Of a DNA stretch of 64,000 nucleotides, positions 25,801-40,026 are shown one piece after another. Under the pieces are notes generated by a model. It was not told the DNA's origin and did no database searches. It saw nothing but the letters and a program-made list of their open reading frames with translations. Position 1 is the stretch's first letter; every line of letters begins with the position of its first letter. A program made the position numbers and the translations under genes. The DNA lies in assembly GCA_037447605.1 (NCBI GenBank), contig CM074804.1, positions 6,797,909 to 6,861,908 on the forward strand. The letters run 5' to 3'. This DNA comes from Zygnema circumcarinatum SAG 698-1b (lineage: Eukaryota; Plantae; Zygnematophyceae).

Positions 25801-28674
25801 TGACTCCAAAGGCAGGGTAACCCCACACGACTCCAAGACTAATGCAATTTTGGTACTGCACCGTCCCGAACAGGTGGCCATCGTTCTCGGTGCCGCCTTT
25901 CAAGATTATTGACTCGAAGTGGGCAAAGAGAATACGCCCGGGAAACGATGTGGCTACTATCAGGTGCAGGAATGAAGCCACCTGGCATGGTGTTGTTCTT
26001 TTTCCTGGTTCAGCTTAGCCATGGGCCCCATATCGATGTTTGCGAGCTTAGGCAATAGGCTTTGACTGTAAGGCAGGCTGCTTGTCCGTGCATGCACATG
26101 CATAATTCGAATGTATAAAATAATGGCGCATCTGATAGACGTCTGAGTTTTGTACAGTTGCCTGCTATCGTCTATATCTGCATGTGCAGACTATGGTTAT
26201 AGACAGATTTATTCATACACTCCAGGTATCGAAGTCGCTTAAAGCAGATTTCAAGCCTTGGCAAAGTTACAGGGATCTGTCCTTTGACCTTCAGTAGAGA
26301 TGAATTTTGAACCACCATCTTCATGGGCAAACCAAGAGTTTGAGAATGTGTTGATGTGCTCGCTAATTGTGAGGACCCGAGGCGATTCTTCTGGTCAATG
26401 ACAAATTCAGGCCGACGCATTCTTAGGACTATTTAATTGACACTGTCGTACGACTGAAGTGGAGGTGACCCCAGTGAAGCTCATTGTGTATCCTTCAATT
26501 ATCCTGCTCCTTCAATAATAACTTCCGGTAGCTACCTTGTGGTTTCCTGGGCCGACTCTCATGTTTCCCCGAGTGCATATCTCAGGTTTAAGGTGCCTTG
26601 GCCATTTGCAACACGGGAGATTGCAGTATCTGCATTCGAGGTGGAAGTGGCAGAACGTGGAGCAATTGTAGCCGTAATGAAATCGGTGCGTTTTTTCTAA
26701 TTTTGAAGAGTCGGAGTGTATCAAAACCTTTGGGGCATCCGAAGCTTCAATCATGGAATCCCAGTTATGCATCATTCGTTCTGCCTCAGTGTCGATTCGA
26801 AGTCACTGTGTTATGACTCTAATCACGTATATGTTAGCTGCCTATTCTCAGCCAAGGCCTGAAATTGCTGGTAGAAAGCACTGGTGACAGTTTGGTGCTT
26901 CAAAGCACCAACCTGGTGTTCATTGCGAAGGTCCTAAAGTTTGCAGTTTCCTGACATAGCTTCCCGTCATGCTGTGTGAAGGTCCCTGAAGACATTAATG
27001 AAGCAGAGGAAGGGTATGGAATTGGCGACGTACCACCACCAGGGCCACACGTGGTGCGCATGAATGTGAATGGAGGATACATTTTGCAACAGATTGATGC
27101 CAAACATTGCTTTTTCAGGTGAGAGAATAGATCTGGCACTTGAACGCAAGCATTTCATATAATGCTTTTCGTAAGATTACTGTCTCTATTTATTCTGAAT
27201 TCGTGAGATGAGAGGTTTGGCAACAATGCTTGGAATGCTGAAAGCTATTGCTGAATTATTGTTTGGACGCTCGTCATGTGCGCTTTTGACTATAATTGTT
27301 CCCTTCCCTTCCAACTCATTTTTTTTTGTTGTTTCCTTTTGGCAGGACTATTTCCAACATAGATATGAAAATTGACCTTGTTCCCCCTTGGATGATAAAC
27401 TTTCTATCTCGTCAGTTGGCCGGCAATGGTTTTGTTCTCTTCCGGGAGGTGCACTCTCTTTTAGCCAACCCAGATACTCAGGCAAAAACGTGCATCTGAC
27501 TAGGCACCTGACTGGATCTTACTGGCTATGGAAGCTAAGTTTGGTTGTGGTGAGAAAAACGAGATGCACAGTCAATTGTGTCAGAAAATTGTCCACAGTC
27601 TAACCTGACCTTCTCTTTGCCCCTCATCTTGCTACTATCTGCGACCAATATTGCTTCCTTACGTGATTGCATATGTTTATATCTGTACAGACGGTCGATC
27701 ATGCCCTGCAGAATAAGAAAGGCGGGGGCGCAGTCTTTCAGCGGCTGGTGCAGTCAGAACCTCTGTACCTGCGTGTGTCTGCTGCCCTTGAAGCTCACTT
27801 AAAGCTGCAGGAGGCTCGCCGGCTTATTGCGGCAGGCAAGGAGCCCGATGTGGCCCACTCAGGTGAAGCTTATTCCTCTGTTTTGCAAAGCAGGCAAGAC
27901 GACGAGGAAGGTCAGCTAGTGGAGGGCAAAGGAGAAGAGGAAGACATATATGCAGGTCTGGAAGGACGCGATCCAGAAGTATTTCATGCAGTACATGCAA
28001 TTGACAGGGCGATTGCTTTGCTGCGGGCAAACAATGCTATACTAGGTCGTGGACTTAGCAGATCGTCAAGTCATGCGAAGTCCGGTCATGGGAGCAAAAG
28101 GGACCTGTTTGATGAACGGACTAAATCCGCCGCCGACGCCTCTTCTAAACAACAACAGCTGGCAGCAATCATGCAACCTGGAAGCGCTCTCCAAGACGCA
28201 CCTATAAACAGCTCCGAAGGAATGGCGCAAAAAACAGGCCCGTTGCCCACTGGGAATGAGCTAGTTGCTGGAGGAAGTGGGAAGGCAGCAAACAAGTTGC
28301 ATGGGACTTTGAGCGAGATTCGCCATCCTCTGGTCTCCGTAGATGAAGCTGGTGTGACTTTCAGTGGGGCCATTGAAAGAATGCATTATCTTAAGTCCAT
28401 GTCGGGGAGACAAGGAACGGCGTCTGTAGTGGAGGACAGTAGAGTTTTTTCCCAGGATCCGAGGACCCTCGATAATTCAGGAGTTCCGACTGCAGCTGAG
28501 CAGGACAAGAAAGCGCAAAATAACTCGTCCAACGGACAAACATCTACCACTCTTGCCAACGGGGACGCTTTGGAAAATGATGGGAGGACACAGTCCGCAG
28601 TCGCTGTAGTCTCCAAAAAGAAGAAACTTTTTTCAAGCTTGTGGAAGAAGAGGTTTGCTGGAGCAAGGAAGTAA
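22852..28674 (+). CDS. START/SRPBCC (Bet v1-like) lipid-binding domain protein, multi-exon
   Basis: Spliced exons give CRKTIDETL...IREQLE, YRVLYRKGPEGTPFHVLCLEGIIEGP, CIAWEAPHFKEWWP, FKVPWPFATRE, VVRMNVNGGY and NIDMKIDLVPPWMINFLSRQL, followed by a long disordered last exon ending at 28674. The start codon is uncertain. Confidence 0.8.
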
Positions 28675-29621
28675 CTGCTTCGGCAAACTACATGATGGCT
28701 GAGTTTTGCAACGGTCTGAGTGTACCATGTCGTGGGAGGAGTGTCTATGATCTGCACCATTGACTTGCAATCAATGAACGCAAGTAGATTTTTTTTTTTT
28801 TTTTTTGTGAAATATTGCGTGCAGGAGGCAAACGTTTGTCTAGTTTGTTATTATTTGTCAATAGATCCATAAAATCCATAGTAACACGGTGTAAGATTAG
28901 TGCCTTGGCAGCAGTACGAAAATTGTGGATTGCGAATTATATGACTAGATGAATATCCCAACCCAAACTCCCACCGCCGTTTTTTTGTGATTGTTGTGGA
29001 GCGTGGCACTCTGCAGAAATATCATTCCGCAACAACAAAACTGTGTCCAGGGATGGCAAGTCTATTGGGCCTCACCAGCCCAGAACCCTGTGATGCTCAA
29101 GTGCCTACTAGTCCAAGGGACCTAATTTGGGCGCATAGGGTACAAAGGCAACCTTCACTGCTCACTACTGAACAAAAGAAAGGACTAAGAGAAGATGTGG
29201 CATAAAGGACTAAGTCATTTTGTGCGTATTAAATAAAAAACATTTAGATACAAAACAAAACGCATTTGACAGTGGTTCCGAGGACATCAGAAAACAAAAC
29301 AAAGTTGATATCAAGCTGCAAGTAAAGAGAACCAGAACCCCAGCTTGTCTCCCTAACATGACGTATCTCTTCTCCCTTGACACTGGTATTCCCGTTTATT
29401 ACAGATGGCTCAGATTATGAACTTAAACAACAGCAGATGAATATGGGCCAATAAAGGCTTGCAGAAGGAATATTGCTTCAAAAATTTAGAAGTCGCAATT
29501 TTTGAACACAACCGATGCAAAGAACAGGAAATAATGCATTCTCCGAACTCTGAGGCTGCCATTTCTATGGTACACTTCTACACAAGCAGTTAATTATACT
29601 TTTGGTACAAACAGGAACCAC

Positions 29622-32479
29622 TTATCTGTTGCTTTGCTCCTCTGCTGGCAACCTTCGTCCGCCTTCCTCCACATCGCCATTCTGCTCATGAAGGCGGCCT
29701 ACTCCAGCAGAGGCAATTAAGGGTTTGTCACCTGCGCGAGAGGAGACAGCATCAAGAATCAATCAGCCCCATGTAACTTACAAAACGTGGCACGCTTGTC
29801 ATGTTTGCAGAACTTCCTTCCACTCCAACACTGGAAAATGTCCGGGTGGCAGTGCTCCTGATTAGCTATACATGCCAACTCCAAAGATTTGGAAAATGAG
29901 GTGCACAAAGTTGATTACTCACAGAGTCCATTAGTCAAGCTCGGATAATGGAGACGATAACAAATTACAGAAAAAAAGAGGCCTGCGAATTCTCAAGCCC
30001 AACACAAGCCCATTTTCCAAACACTGTAAGGAGAACCAGGCGTGCACGTTACATTTGTAAATGGAAAAAACCATGCATGCATGGACGTGGATGACAAAGT
30101 TGATGGTACAATCAAGCCCCAAGAAGCCGGAGTCATGCTCGGCATCTTAGTCAAGCTACGCTCTGAAATTGGCTATAGGTAAAAGGGAATGGAGATCGGG
30201 ATGAATAAAGGAGATCGGGAGGGAAGGCAAATGGGAAAAGGGAGATAAGTGTGGGATGGAGACCTATAAGAGCCCCAACAAAAACGTCAGACCAGAAGTG
30301 CCAATAGTCATCCAATCGCGTCACTCCAACCACCACTGCTCCGATTAACGGGAGAGCTACTGGCACCAGCTTGTAGACATGGCCTGTATCGCTAAAGAGG
30401 TGCAGTTTTCCTGCCAAATAGAGAGAAAGGTAACCCAGACCCGAAAAGCTCCCTGCAAACCAGGAGAAGGGACACCACTTAAGAATTGCTCAATCGATTC
30501 TACAGAGCCTGGTTGACGGAGATATGCAGCAAAGGAGAAATCTTTATGCAGATTTTTTTAGGCCTCCTGAGGCCTTTGGCAGACATACGATGTCAAAGAC
30601 CAGAATTGTTGTTGGGACTCACACGAAGAATGACCACTCGGAAAACTCTTGTAGCCTTCACGAATGATGCTGGGAGAGCCGGTGCATAGAACATTCCCAT
30701 CCACAGCAAAGACCTACACGTAAAACGCAGTAACAAAGATCAAGATTGAAACTACACTAGAACATATCACAACATATCCTACACATGGAGTCCCCACTTG
30801 AGTCCCCACTATGTCCGATGAGGTGAGAGATGATAAGGTGGCATGAGGATGAGCCAAGAATGCGTTACAGGAGTTCCATCTGGGAAGCATCGCCAGAAAA
30901 AATTTGGACGCGGTCTTCCCACACCGTTTTTCAAAGAGTCCACAACAACCGCAGCTAAGAGAACGGTGTATCCAAGTCCTGCATCAGACACCATCCCATA
31001 TCAGAGCTTTTAAGAGATCCTAAACCAAAATCGGACTACGTCTGAAGCCACCCAAAGGCTTAAAGTCGGTTCATTTGAAGCAAGCAATTCAATCAAGTCT
31101 AAAGCTGCCTTACAAGAACGAGGAAAAACATTTACCAAGCACTGCTTGGTGCAGGTCTGCCTTCTCTCGCTGGCGAAAAAAAAAGACGAGAAAGACCGCA
31201 ATGGGGATACCCAATGCAATAATCTGCAGAGATAAAACGCAGCTCCAAAAGTTTTGAGCATCGTTCATCTGACAATTTTCAAACAAAAGAAGGAATGTAA
31301 AACTAATTCTTGAATGTAATCCAAACTGCAAAAATACCTGCTGTTCTAAAAAGAAGACATAAGCGCGACATCATATAAATTACTGACGGGTGCTTAACCA
31401 CTTAGAGATTCCAGTAGACTACTTGAACAGTATTCAGATGTTGGGAGACCGTCATCTGCTTTATTTTACCACCTCGTCCTGACCACGTCGTGCAAAGTAC
31501 AATGAGAACTCAATAATGACTCAAGACGATAGTGTCCAAGCCTTCTTGAAATAAGAAAGGATTATCTGCGATTTACTCATTCTAGCGATTCACGGTTTAA
31601 AGTAATCGATCACTTTGAAACAGCCTTCAAAATTTTGCTATACACAAATATGTTCTTTCTGGGATTATGCTCGAATTACACCTCAACCAATTGAGTTGTT
31701 CAATCCAATCGTGCCATTGGTATCTAGTTGTTTCAATAATCAATAAAGATTCGTCTGCTAGCGGTCTCGTTGGTAATGCAGAATGTGACAGTATTCCATT
31801 TTAAATTCCGAACTACATGCGCAAAAATAGGCTCCACTGACTCACTCGGTTGTCGTAAGTCAGCAAGACCGAAACCTGGAAAAAGTTTGAAATGCAGACA
31901 GCATGTTGACGCATTTTTCTAATCAACCGTTTGTCTACATGCATGCATCATCCTTCTGAAATCTTGATGCCAAAAAACTAGTGGGGAATCCAGCAATTAA
32001 GGCTTCTTCAGGCGCTGTAACATAGCCAAGACGAAAAACGTCTACGACAATAGAACAGAATCCGCAAGCTATGACTGTTTCTGCTCTCAAAGGCTACACC
32101 TACAATTTCTTGTCAGCTTCTCCTTTGCAGATTGTGCTACAACTTTCCCTGCTGGAAAGAACTTTCGCTTCACGCAGACTCCTGGAGAAGTCGAAGAAAG
32201 ACGCACCGGCACTGTTGCAGAAGGCACGCTATTCGACTTCAGCGGAAGCATGAGCCCCTTGAGCATCTCCTCATTGACAAACCGCCTGAACGGATGGATG
32301 ACGTTCAGTCCAATCTCAAGGGCGGCCAACGCCGCGAGGATTAGCCAGTCGAGCCGATACTCCGCAAATAACGAACGCCAGGTGAAGGATAGCGGAGCAG
32401 CGGGAGGTGCAGACCCGAACGCTCTTGTTTGATAAAGGGCAGGACCTTCCTGCGCGTCATGGTGCCTCTCATATCGCAT
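29622..32479 (-). CDS. Lipid phosphate phosphatase (PAP2 family), paralog 1
   Basis: The three PAP2 motifs are present across exons: [17 protein letters not shown] and [14 protein letters not shown]-terminal RLDWLIL...HPFRRFV. ATG at 32479, TAA at 29622. Confidence 0.92.
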
Positions 32480-34334
32480 TTCAAGCTTGAAACTGCGACC
32501 CTGAAGTACACTCCTCTGCAAGAACGACTAGCGAAGCCCTTCCTGCCTCTGACTCTCCTCGTCGTGAATTAGACAGCAGCAAATTGAGTCTTTGAAAAGC
32601 TCCAAAAACTACGAATAAAAGAATTTTTCGTAGTGAAAGTGAGAGTCTTAGATTTTACATACAAACTTTGTAAGACGTGTAGCTGACAGTAGTTAGCATG
32701 CCTAAATGAGCCCTCTAGAAGCAGCAATAGGCGAAGGAGAAGACAAAGGAGCAGGACGGCGCCGGAGGGCATCCGCCAGCAGAGCACAGGCGCACGAAGC
32801 ACAGAAACCGCAAACCACAAACTGCAAACCGCAAACCGAAGCGGACGGTTGCAAATTTGCAATTCGCTGGCGGTTAGCAAAAAGCGGAAATTTTGCAGCC
32901 ATCTAAATTGAACAAATTGTGCTGACGAACCAGTTGGCAACCTGATGACGTCATCCGCCGCGCGCACCAGTCTGCTGAAGATGAGGTCGCGGAGCATAGC
33001 GCGCAGGGACGGACTTGAGCAGGCGGAGAGAGCACATGCGGAAAACCAGCAGGGGTCAGCTCCCTCCTGCTTGCTGCAATGTTTTGGGCCTACATCTCGG
33101 ACGTTGCTGAACGCATGAAGGATGTGAAAAGAGGAAACCAGTCAATAATCATTTCACAGCATTCTTTAAAGACGAAGAAAAGGCTTACTGCATGTTTGGT
33201 TGTTCTTGGCACGTTTGGCATTCTGCATTGGCGGTCAAAGATTGAAACGACAGGAAAGAAGCTGGCTGCAATGCGTTTTTATAATAACCGCTTTGCTTCG
33301 AGGAAATGCGAAAATTTCGAAATCTGGAGTATAAGTCTTCAATCGAGCAACCAGATAACAAAACGCAAGACGATTTAAGGAAGAGCTAAGTGGCTTCTCT
33401 CCGAAAGTGCGAATTTCCGCGTGCTTCACTCGCATTCGGGGTGCGAACAAGTGATGGAGTACGAAAAGGCAACATCATCAAATATCTGTGTTTGCTGTAG
33501 AAGACACCGCTCCCTTCAAATAATTACTCCTCGTATTGCATGTTATTCTGTATAAATGGTGATTCAAGCGTGTACAATGACTCCCATAGTGATCTTGCTT
33601 TTAGCCTTTATATTCGAGTAACTCTCACCTCTTCTGGCGATTGCCACGTGCATTTGGGCAATAGTGGCTGTTTTCACTCGAGCTTGTCCAGACCTTACAT
33701 CAACCGCGTCAGTTGCAGACTTGGCCAGAGCGTATCAGTGAAATTCAAGCACGTGTCGTTGGAGAATTTTTTCTAATGTAATGGATGGTTACTTCGATTT
33801 GTAAAATTTGACGACCAGGTCCTTCGTGTGTGGCAATGCCACAGATACATTTCTAAATCCAAACTAACAAGCATGTCCGTGCACAACAGATCTACCGTCT
33901 TCTCTTCGAGAGCATAAGTCCCCAGGATGTTGTCCAAAGCAACTGAGAAGTTGAATTTAGCTCCAGTAATGAGTACTAAAATTCAAGGATCCTGGCCTAT
34001 TGAGCATCTTTGATGTGTTGACATATAATATGGCAAGATAATGAGCTGTTTGTCATTTATGGGCATCCAGCCATTTTTCAAGTTGTCGCTTTTTCTTTTC
34101 CCTGCCTACGTATTCAAATAATAAGCTTCAAATCACTGGCAGCAAAGATCCTTCACAACCATCACCGACAACCTACTTTTCACACCCACTAGTTCCCCAG
34201 CTAATACAAACAGGAAAGGTTGGGCAGTTTCAGAGGAACACTTGGTTCATTCTTTCAGTCACGCTTGATGTTTGAAGCTGATTTTTCTCGTATTGGTTTA
34301 AATCACAGGTAAAATTTCTGGTCGTGACTACAGA

Positions 34335-37300
34335 ATGCCAGTTGCCGAGCCAAATACAACCTCAGGAGAGGATCGATCTAAAGTGTCTCTTATGCATGTG
34401 CTCCGAACGTACAAGTGGGATTGGGCATGCTTGGGTTGTCTCGTTATCGTTGGGTCCTTGATTTGGGCATTGTCACCCACTTTTGAACGACGTATTTTTC
34501 AAGATCAAGTTTTGGTCTACTTGTCATATCCAACAAAACCCAACACCGTCCCCTCTGCTCTTCTTCCAGTGAGTTTATCTGACCTCTCTTTTATTCCTTG
34601 AGAGAGTCCTTTCAGCTGTTAAACATTTTTTCAACTTTGTGGAGAGTCATTTGAAAAAAGAAGCGGTTGCTCTTTGTTATGTCAACTCCCTGTGCTTCGT
34701 TCAGGAAATATGCAAGTTGATATTGTTGTCTGAGGCTTTTGGCTTGAAGAGAAAATCATTCAACTTTGTTGTACAGTTCAAGTAGAAAGCGACCCCTGAA
34801 TGAACGGCTAATCATGTCACTTGGTTTTTGCATTTGGAGTTCATCCTCACTCACCATGATCTTCCTTCCCGATAGGATGTGCACTATTGAGCTGCATCTG
34901 ATTCGAGCCTGATCCATTAATCACAATCAGTTGCTAGATATTTGAATGCACTCCTGGTATCCATTCTTTTGGTGTTGTGGGTGTCCATTGTTGGACCTGC
35001 TGCAGGTGTTTTCGCTAGTCATTCCCATCGCCGTGTTCCTAGTATTCTATTTGCACGACAAGAATGGTGAACAGTTGCACCGATCTTGCCTTGGTAAGTC
35101 CTTACACGGCCATTCTGGAACATTTGTCTGAATGTAACCTATTTTGTCTCGTCTTTTCAAAGCGTGCTAGTGTTTCCCGAAAGGTCTTCTAACCGAAGTC
35201 TCGGCTTCTTCATCTTGCTCCATTCCAAAACTCCATTGTTCATCAAACCCTCTGGTTTTGGCAATTGATATAGAAATGCAGTTATTATCTTCGACGTATC
35301 ATCCACTTTGGAAGGTTTAAGGCACGGTTTAAACTATCTCTTAATCTAGTCATTGAGATAGCGTGCAAACTACAGTCTCGTTCAGGAGCGAGCCATCCCG
35401 TCCAGCACTTGGTGTTTGCGAGAATATGACGAGTTTCGATGTACTTGACGTCCTGTTTTTTCCCCTCATGGTTGGCATCTTCACTCGTCGTTCCCTACAA
35501 GAGGCGCTAAAGTCCGCTGACGGCTCAAGTTTGCAGGATTGGTATACGCGGTCGTATTGACGTGGATCATCACCGACTCGCTGAAGAATGCTGTGGGCCG
35601 TCCTCGCCCAGATTTCAGCCACCACTGCTTTCCTGACGGTGTCATGGTGAGGCCCTCTCCTTTTGTCATCCGCCTATTGAATTTATTTTAATGCTGTTTA
35701 GCAACAGACAAACGCAACCAGTGCTCTTTGGACCCGGCAGTTGTGTTGATTACCTGCCAGTGAGGCTGCAAAGCTGAATCGCAAAGTAAGCAATCCGGTG
35801 TAGGCCAATTTCGTATCACGAACACAGTGGCAACCATACTTTAGTTTGAAATCCAACTTCATATCTTGCCCTTATTGATTGTTGCAATGCGCAATTGCAT
35901 TACAGGAGGTTATGATCTACGAAAATCGCCTAACTTTCCACGCTTTCAGTTACATTGATGTATTATTTATGTCTTTTTTTTTCTTACTCCAAACTTTTGG
36001 ATTTCGAAGAGGATTACTCAATGCTGATTCATATGAATGCTTTCTCATTGGGCGAGCAGTGAGTTGCTGGTAATTAGTATCGTTGTATGTTGTTTACTGA
36101 TGCTAATATTTAGTATAAACTGAGGCAAGGCGAGGTGGGATGAATGTACAGAAGTTCGACACAAGTGGCAATGTCCTTTGTTCTGTGCCTTCTTCGCAAC
36201 TTACGAACAGCCGCCAGAGCTTTCCCAGTGGTCATTCCTCCTGTAAGAATTTGTACAATCTTATTGATTGCAAAAAATCATGACAAATCTGCAAAACTCC
36301 GAGACGTCAGGTCAGCTGCATGCAGGACACATTTCCACGAGCCCCTAGGCCCAATTACATCCTCTTTTGTGACTGCTTGTTCTCAAATGTTGGAAACTAA
36401 ACTTCAAGAAGCCTCAGAGTTTACAGTGAAAACAGTACCAGTCGACTTCAGAGTACTAGACTATTTTGCTGCTCTCCTCTGCATGTAGTTTTTGTTTCTC
36501 CTCACCTAGCTTGCAGTTTTTTCAACTTCAAATACGTGCTACTGCTGTATGTAGAGGCCACTCCGCTGTTATGTCCACTTGCCCCCTGTTCAAGCTACCG
36601 TGCCTCCTTCATATCCAGCAAAGTCTGCATGGTATTCGATGCTATTGGTTTTGAAACTTCCTTGAATGTATCTGGAATTTACCGGGTACAAATTCAAGAA
36701 AGGCCCTTGAGAGAATGTCCTACTTTTCTGGTAAGGGTGACTGATGTTGTTAGTTGGTCTTTTCCTCTTTTTAAGGATGTTCATTTGTTACTTGAAAAGA
36801 TAAATGAAATTTTGCATTGCACAATGTGTTTGCAGATACTTTTGCAGGCATGTCGTATATGGCGCTCTATTTGGCCTGGAAGGTGCAACTCACCAGCCAG
36901 TCGGGCCACCTATGGAAGTTGACAATTGTCCTTCTACCGTTAGCGATTGCAACTTTTGTGGCTGTGTCAAGGATTTCGGATTACAAACATCATTGGGAGG
37001 ATGTTTTAGCTGGCAGCCTTCTGGGTATGTAATATCTGCCTCACCAGATAATGTTGCCACTATAAAGGAACAGATTCAGAAAGTGGGCAAATTTTGGTTC
37101 TGTCATTTGCCTGCCGATAGGGCTGTGAGAGAACTAGTTTCATCAAACTGCGGTGCTGGAGCTGTATTGGCACGGCCTTTGTCAACTTTGCTGGCCCTCT
37201 ACATATATGTGGATCCTGTGGTTGCTCAATACGATGTATGACTTGAAACTGTGACTTTTGATGCTAAGTCTCGATGCCTTTTTGTTGGTTAAGTCCACAT

Positions 37301-37474
37301 ATTAATGTGATTACCATTTTATTTATTAGGCAAAGCCGGCATTCTCATCAACGGTCACGCATGTCTGCAGGCATACTTTTTGCAGGACTGAGCTACACAC
37401 AATACCATCCATTTCCACGGTTTGTCAAAGGTAACCTCAGTTGTCCTGATGCCCTGTGTTATCTCCCAGCTCTC

Positions 37475-37547
<73 letters not shown>

Positions 37548-38304
37548 CCCCACGCATTCTGGCGAAATTAGATATTTTGTCTGTTAAGTTAGACAGAATT
37601 GGGATGTACGGCAATCCGCGATTGTGTTGATGTCAGGAGACTCAGGGCTGATGCATATCGGATTCGCAAACTAGGCTATCGCCAGTCTATTCCGTGTCCG
37701 TCAGTTTAATCACAGAAAATTGGCTTCCCTCGTGTGGAGCCCCTCGGGAGCCGCGCGAATTGGAGAAATTTGAACCCACGTGTGAAGTGCGAACGCGAGC
37801 AACACACGAGCTGTACGACGATACCGACCAGTTGACGTCATGATTTAGACCATCTCTAATCCGCCGTGTTTAGGGCGTCTCTCTCTCTTTCCTCTCCCCT
37901 TTTTGAAGGGTGCAGGAGCAAGAGAGAAAAAGGGCATTTTGTATGATTGTCCCAGATGTTGATGATCGCGATAAGTAGAATGACGTTCTACCTCGTTGTT
38001 ATCCTGTTTCTAACTCTTGCATGCACAACATCTGTATTTGTTCATATCGCATAGTTGATTTTGTCGTAATCTGGACTATGGAAGTTATCTTGCAGAATCC
38101 TTTTCAATGGCCTCTGACCCTCCTGAATCACCAAACGGTGAAGGAGACAGCGGTGCCTACCAGCCACGAGCAGAAGTGAGTCCACGTGGCCGGATGGATA
38201 TCCCCACCTCTGATGCTCCAAATTCCACTGCTCCCTTTATGGATCTTCAGAAATTAAGTCGCCGCGGAAGCTTCGGTGTAAACACTTCGGCGCAGTCAAT
38301 GTAG
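34335..38304 (+). CDS. Lipid phosphate phosphatase (PAP2 family), paralog 2
   Basis: Motifs [19 protein letters not shown] and [16 protein letters not shown]. Intron positions match paralog 1. Last exon ends at 38304. Confidence 0.92.
37470..37544. repeat. (CT)n microsatellite in an LPP intron
   Basis: About 75 bp of near-perfect CT repeat. Confidence 0.95.
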
Positions 38305-38877
38305 GGCTGTGAGGATGAATTCTTGTAACTGCTCCCAAGCCCGTTCTGTTGGGCCTTACGTGGTTGCTTGAACGTTGGATTTCAACTATTCTACTTGCAG
38401 GCTGATAAGCCACATTGATTTCGTCTTGTTATGATTCTTCTTTCTCCTTTTCTTCTTCCCTTTTTTTTTTATCGATCTCGTCCCGTCGCCATGAATCTTC
38501 ATATATTGGGCTGGACACTTGACTTTGGTAGCCACAGTCCTGTAACTCTGTAAGTGTTGATGGGGAACATGGAATCAGTGGTGTAGAAAGTGTGGCTTGA
38601 CAATTGACTGAAATGAATCCAATGGATAGAGAAGTGCCAAATTTGTGCCGTGATTTCAGTTTTACTTTGCCTTTTTGGCTTCTCCTACTCACCATGAAGA
38701 GTTCACCGTCGAGCACAGATGTCTTAGGACGATTCACATCCGAGTAACGGGAGCCTATCTCCAGTGGGCGCTATGGTGAAGCATTTCCAGTGGTGCATCG
38801 TCACATACACAAAATTGCACACCCGCCGAGAGCCATCACGGAGGCGACCCGAAGCTGACTGGCTGATAGGGCGGCGC

Positions 38878-38986
38878 GGTTCAGGCTCAGGCTCAGGCTC
38901 GGACCAGGGGCGGCCCAAGGGTTCGATCCTCGATCTGGTTCGGTTCTGGTTCTGGTTCTGGTTTCGGTTTGGTTCGGTTCGGTTGG
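38878..38986. repeat. Short tandem (TCAGGC)n and (GGTTCT/GGTTC)n tracts
   Basis: TCAGGCTCAGGCTCAGGCTC followed by GGTTCTGGTTCTGGTTCTGGTTTCGGTTTGGTTCGGTTCGGTT. Confidence 0.8.
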
Positions 38987-39867
38987 TTACTGCCTTTGTT
39001 CTTGAGTCGTCACGTCACTAGCAAGCCCTAAGCATTAGTCAGATAATGACCAATAATGATCCGTACCGCGCTTTGTTTGACCGCTCGAAGGGGACAGAAT
39101 ATTCGGCACGCGCGGGTTGAGTCAAGGGATGTCGGTGTCACACGTGGCATGATGTGCGCCCTCCACGTGTCACAAAATGCGGTCGCGTGGATCGCAGGAT
39201 GCTCGCTTGCGATTGGCGGGGCCGTGTCGGCGACCCGACCGACCCGACCCGACCCGACCCCCTGCGCCTCCACTTTTTGTCCTTTTCAACTTTTGTACTT
39301 TTGGGGAGCTGCGTGGATCCTCGGCATAATTATCCGCGGGCAGTTCAGCGGCCCCGTCAGCAGAGGTATCTGCACGGCAGCTGCCGAAGCGGCACCACGG
39401 AAAACCCCGCTTTCCACAATGCTGGCGTCATCAAATGTAGTTCATTCAATCAGAAGCCACCGACTACCCCATTGTCGTACTGCTGGCGTCATGGAAAGTA
39501 CCGAGAGGGCGGCTAGTTTTTGTCGTTTGGGATAAGCATGAATATATCGCCATATCGCCGACGTATCGTATGTTACCGACAAAAAACCTGCCGGTACCTG
39601 GCTGCCGTCGCTGTCCCCATTACCATACTTCCGCCGGTCAGCGAGCCACGCCGGCACGTTCTCTCCGGCCGTAGCCGCTACGCCGGCGATGTGCCGATAC
39701 GTCTCCGCCAGCGGACCACGACCTCTCGCGCAAGCCTACGGGTCGTCCCCTCCAGCAGCCCTGATTGGCTGCCGGTTTTTTTATTTATTTTGTCCTTCGT
39801 GGTAATAACTTTTTCTTCTGTCGTGATCGAAGATACAGTATACTGATTTAAGAACAAACCTTTCACT

Positions 39868-40026
39868 AGGGGGTGTCAGACTTAAAAAATTTCAGTACGC
39901 GTGTTCGTAAGTTTGACATCAGAACGAGTACTCCAGTATAATAGCGATCCTCCTGCGGCGGAGTACTTTCGTAACCTTTTTTTTCGTAACGCTTTTCGTA
40001 AGATTTTGTTAAGTCTGACACCCCCT
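39868..40026. mobile_element. MITE-like non-autonomous DNA transposon (about 159 bp)
   Basis: Perfect 19-bp inverted termini TAGGGGGTGTCAGACTTAA (39867-39885) and TTAAGTCTGACACCCCCTA (40009-40027). Candidate target-site duplication is ACT/ACT for boundaries 39868-40026, or TA/TA for 39869-40025. No coding capacity; TTCGTAA is repeated internally. Confidence 0.85.

Noticed and set aside
38420-39860. Possible small gene or ncRNA in promoter-like DNA with G-boxes and CCAAT words
   Set aside because: No tRNA, snRNA or snoRNA signature was recognised, and the ORFs have no identifiable homology.
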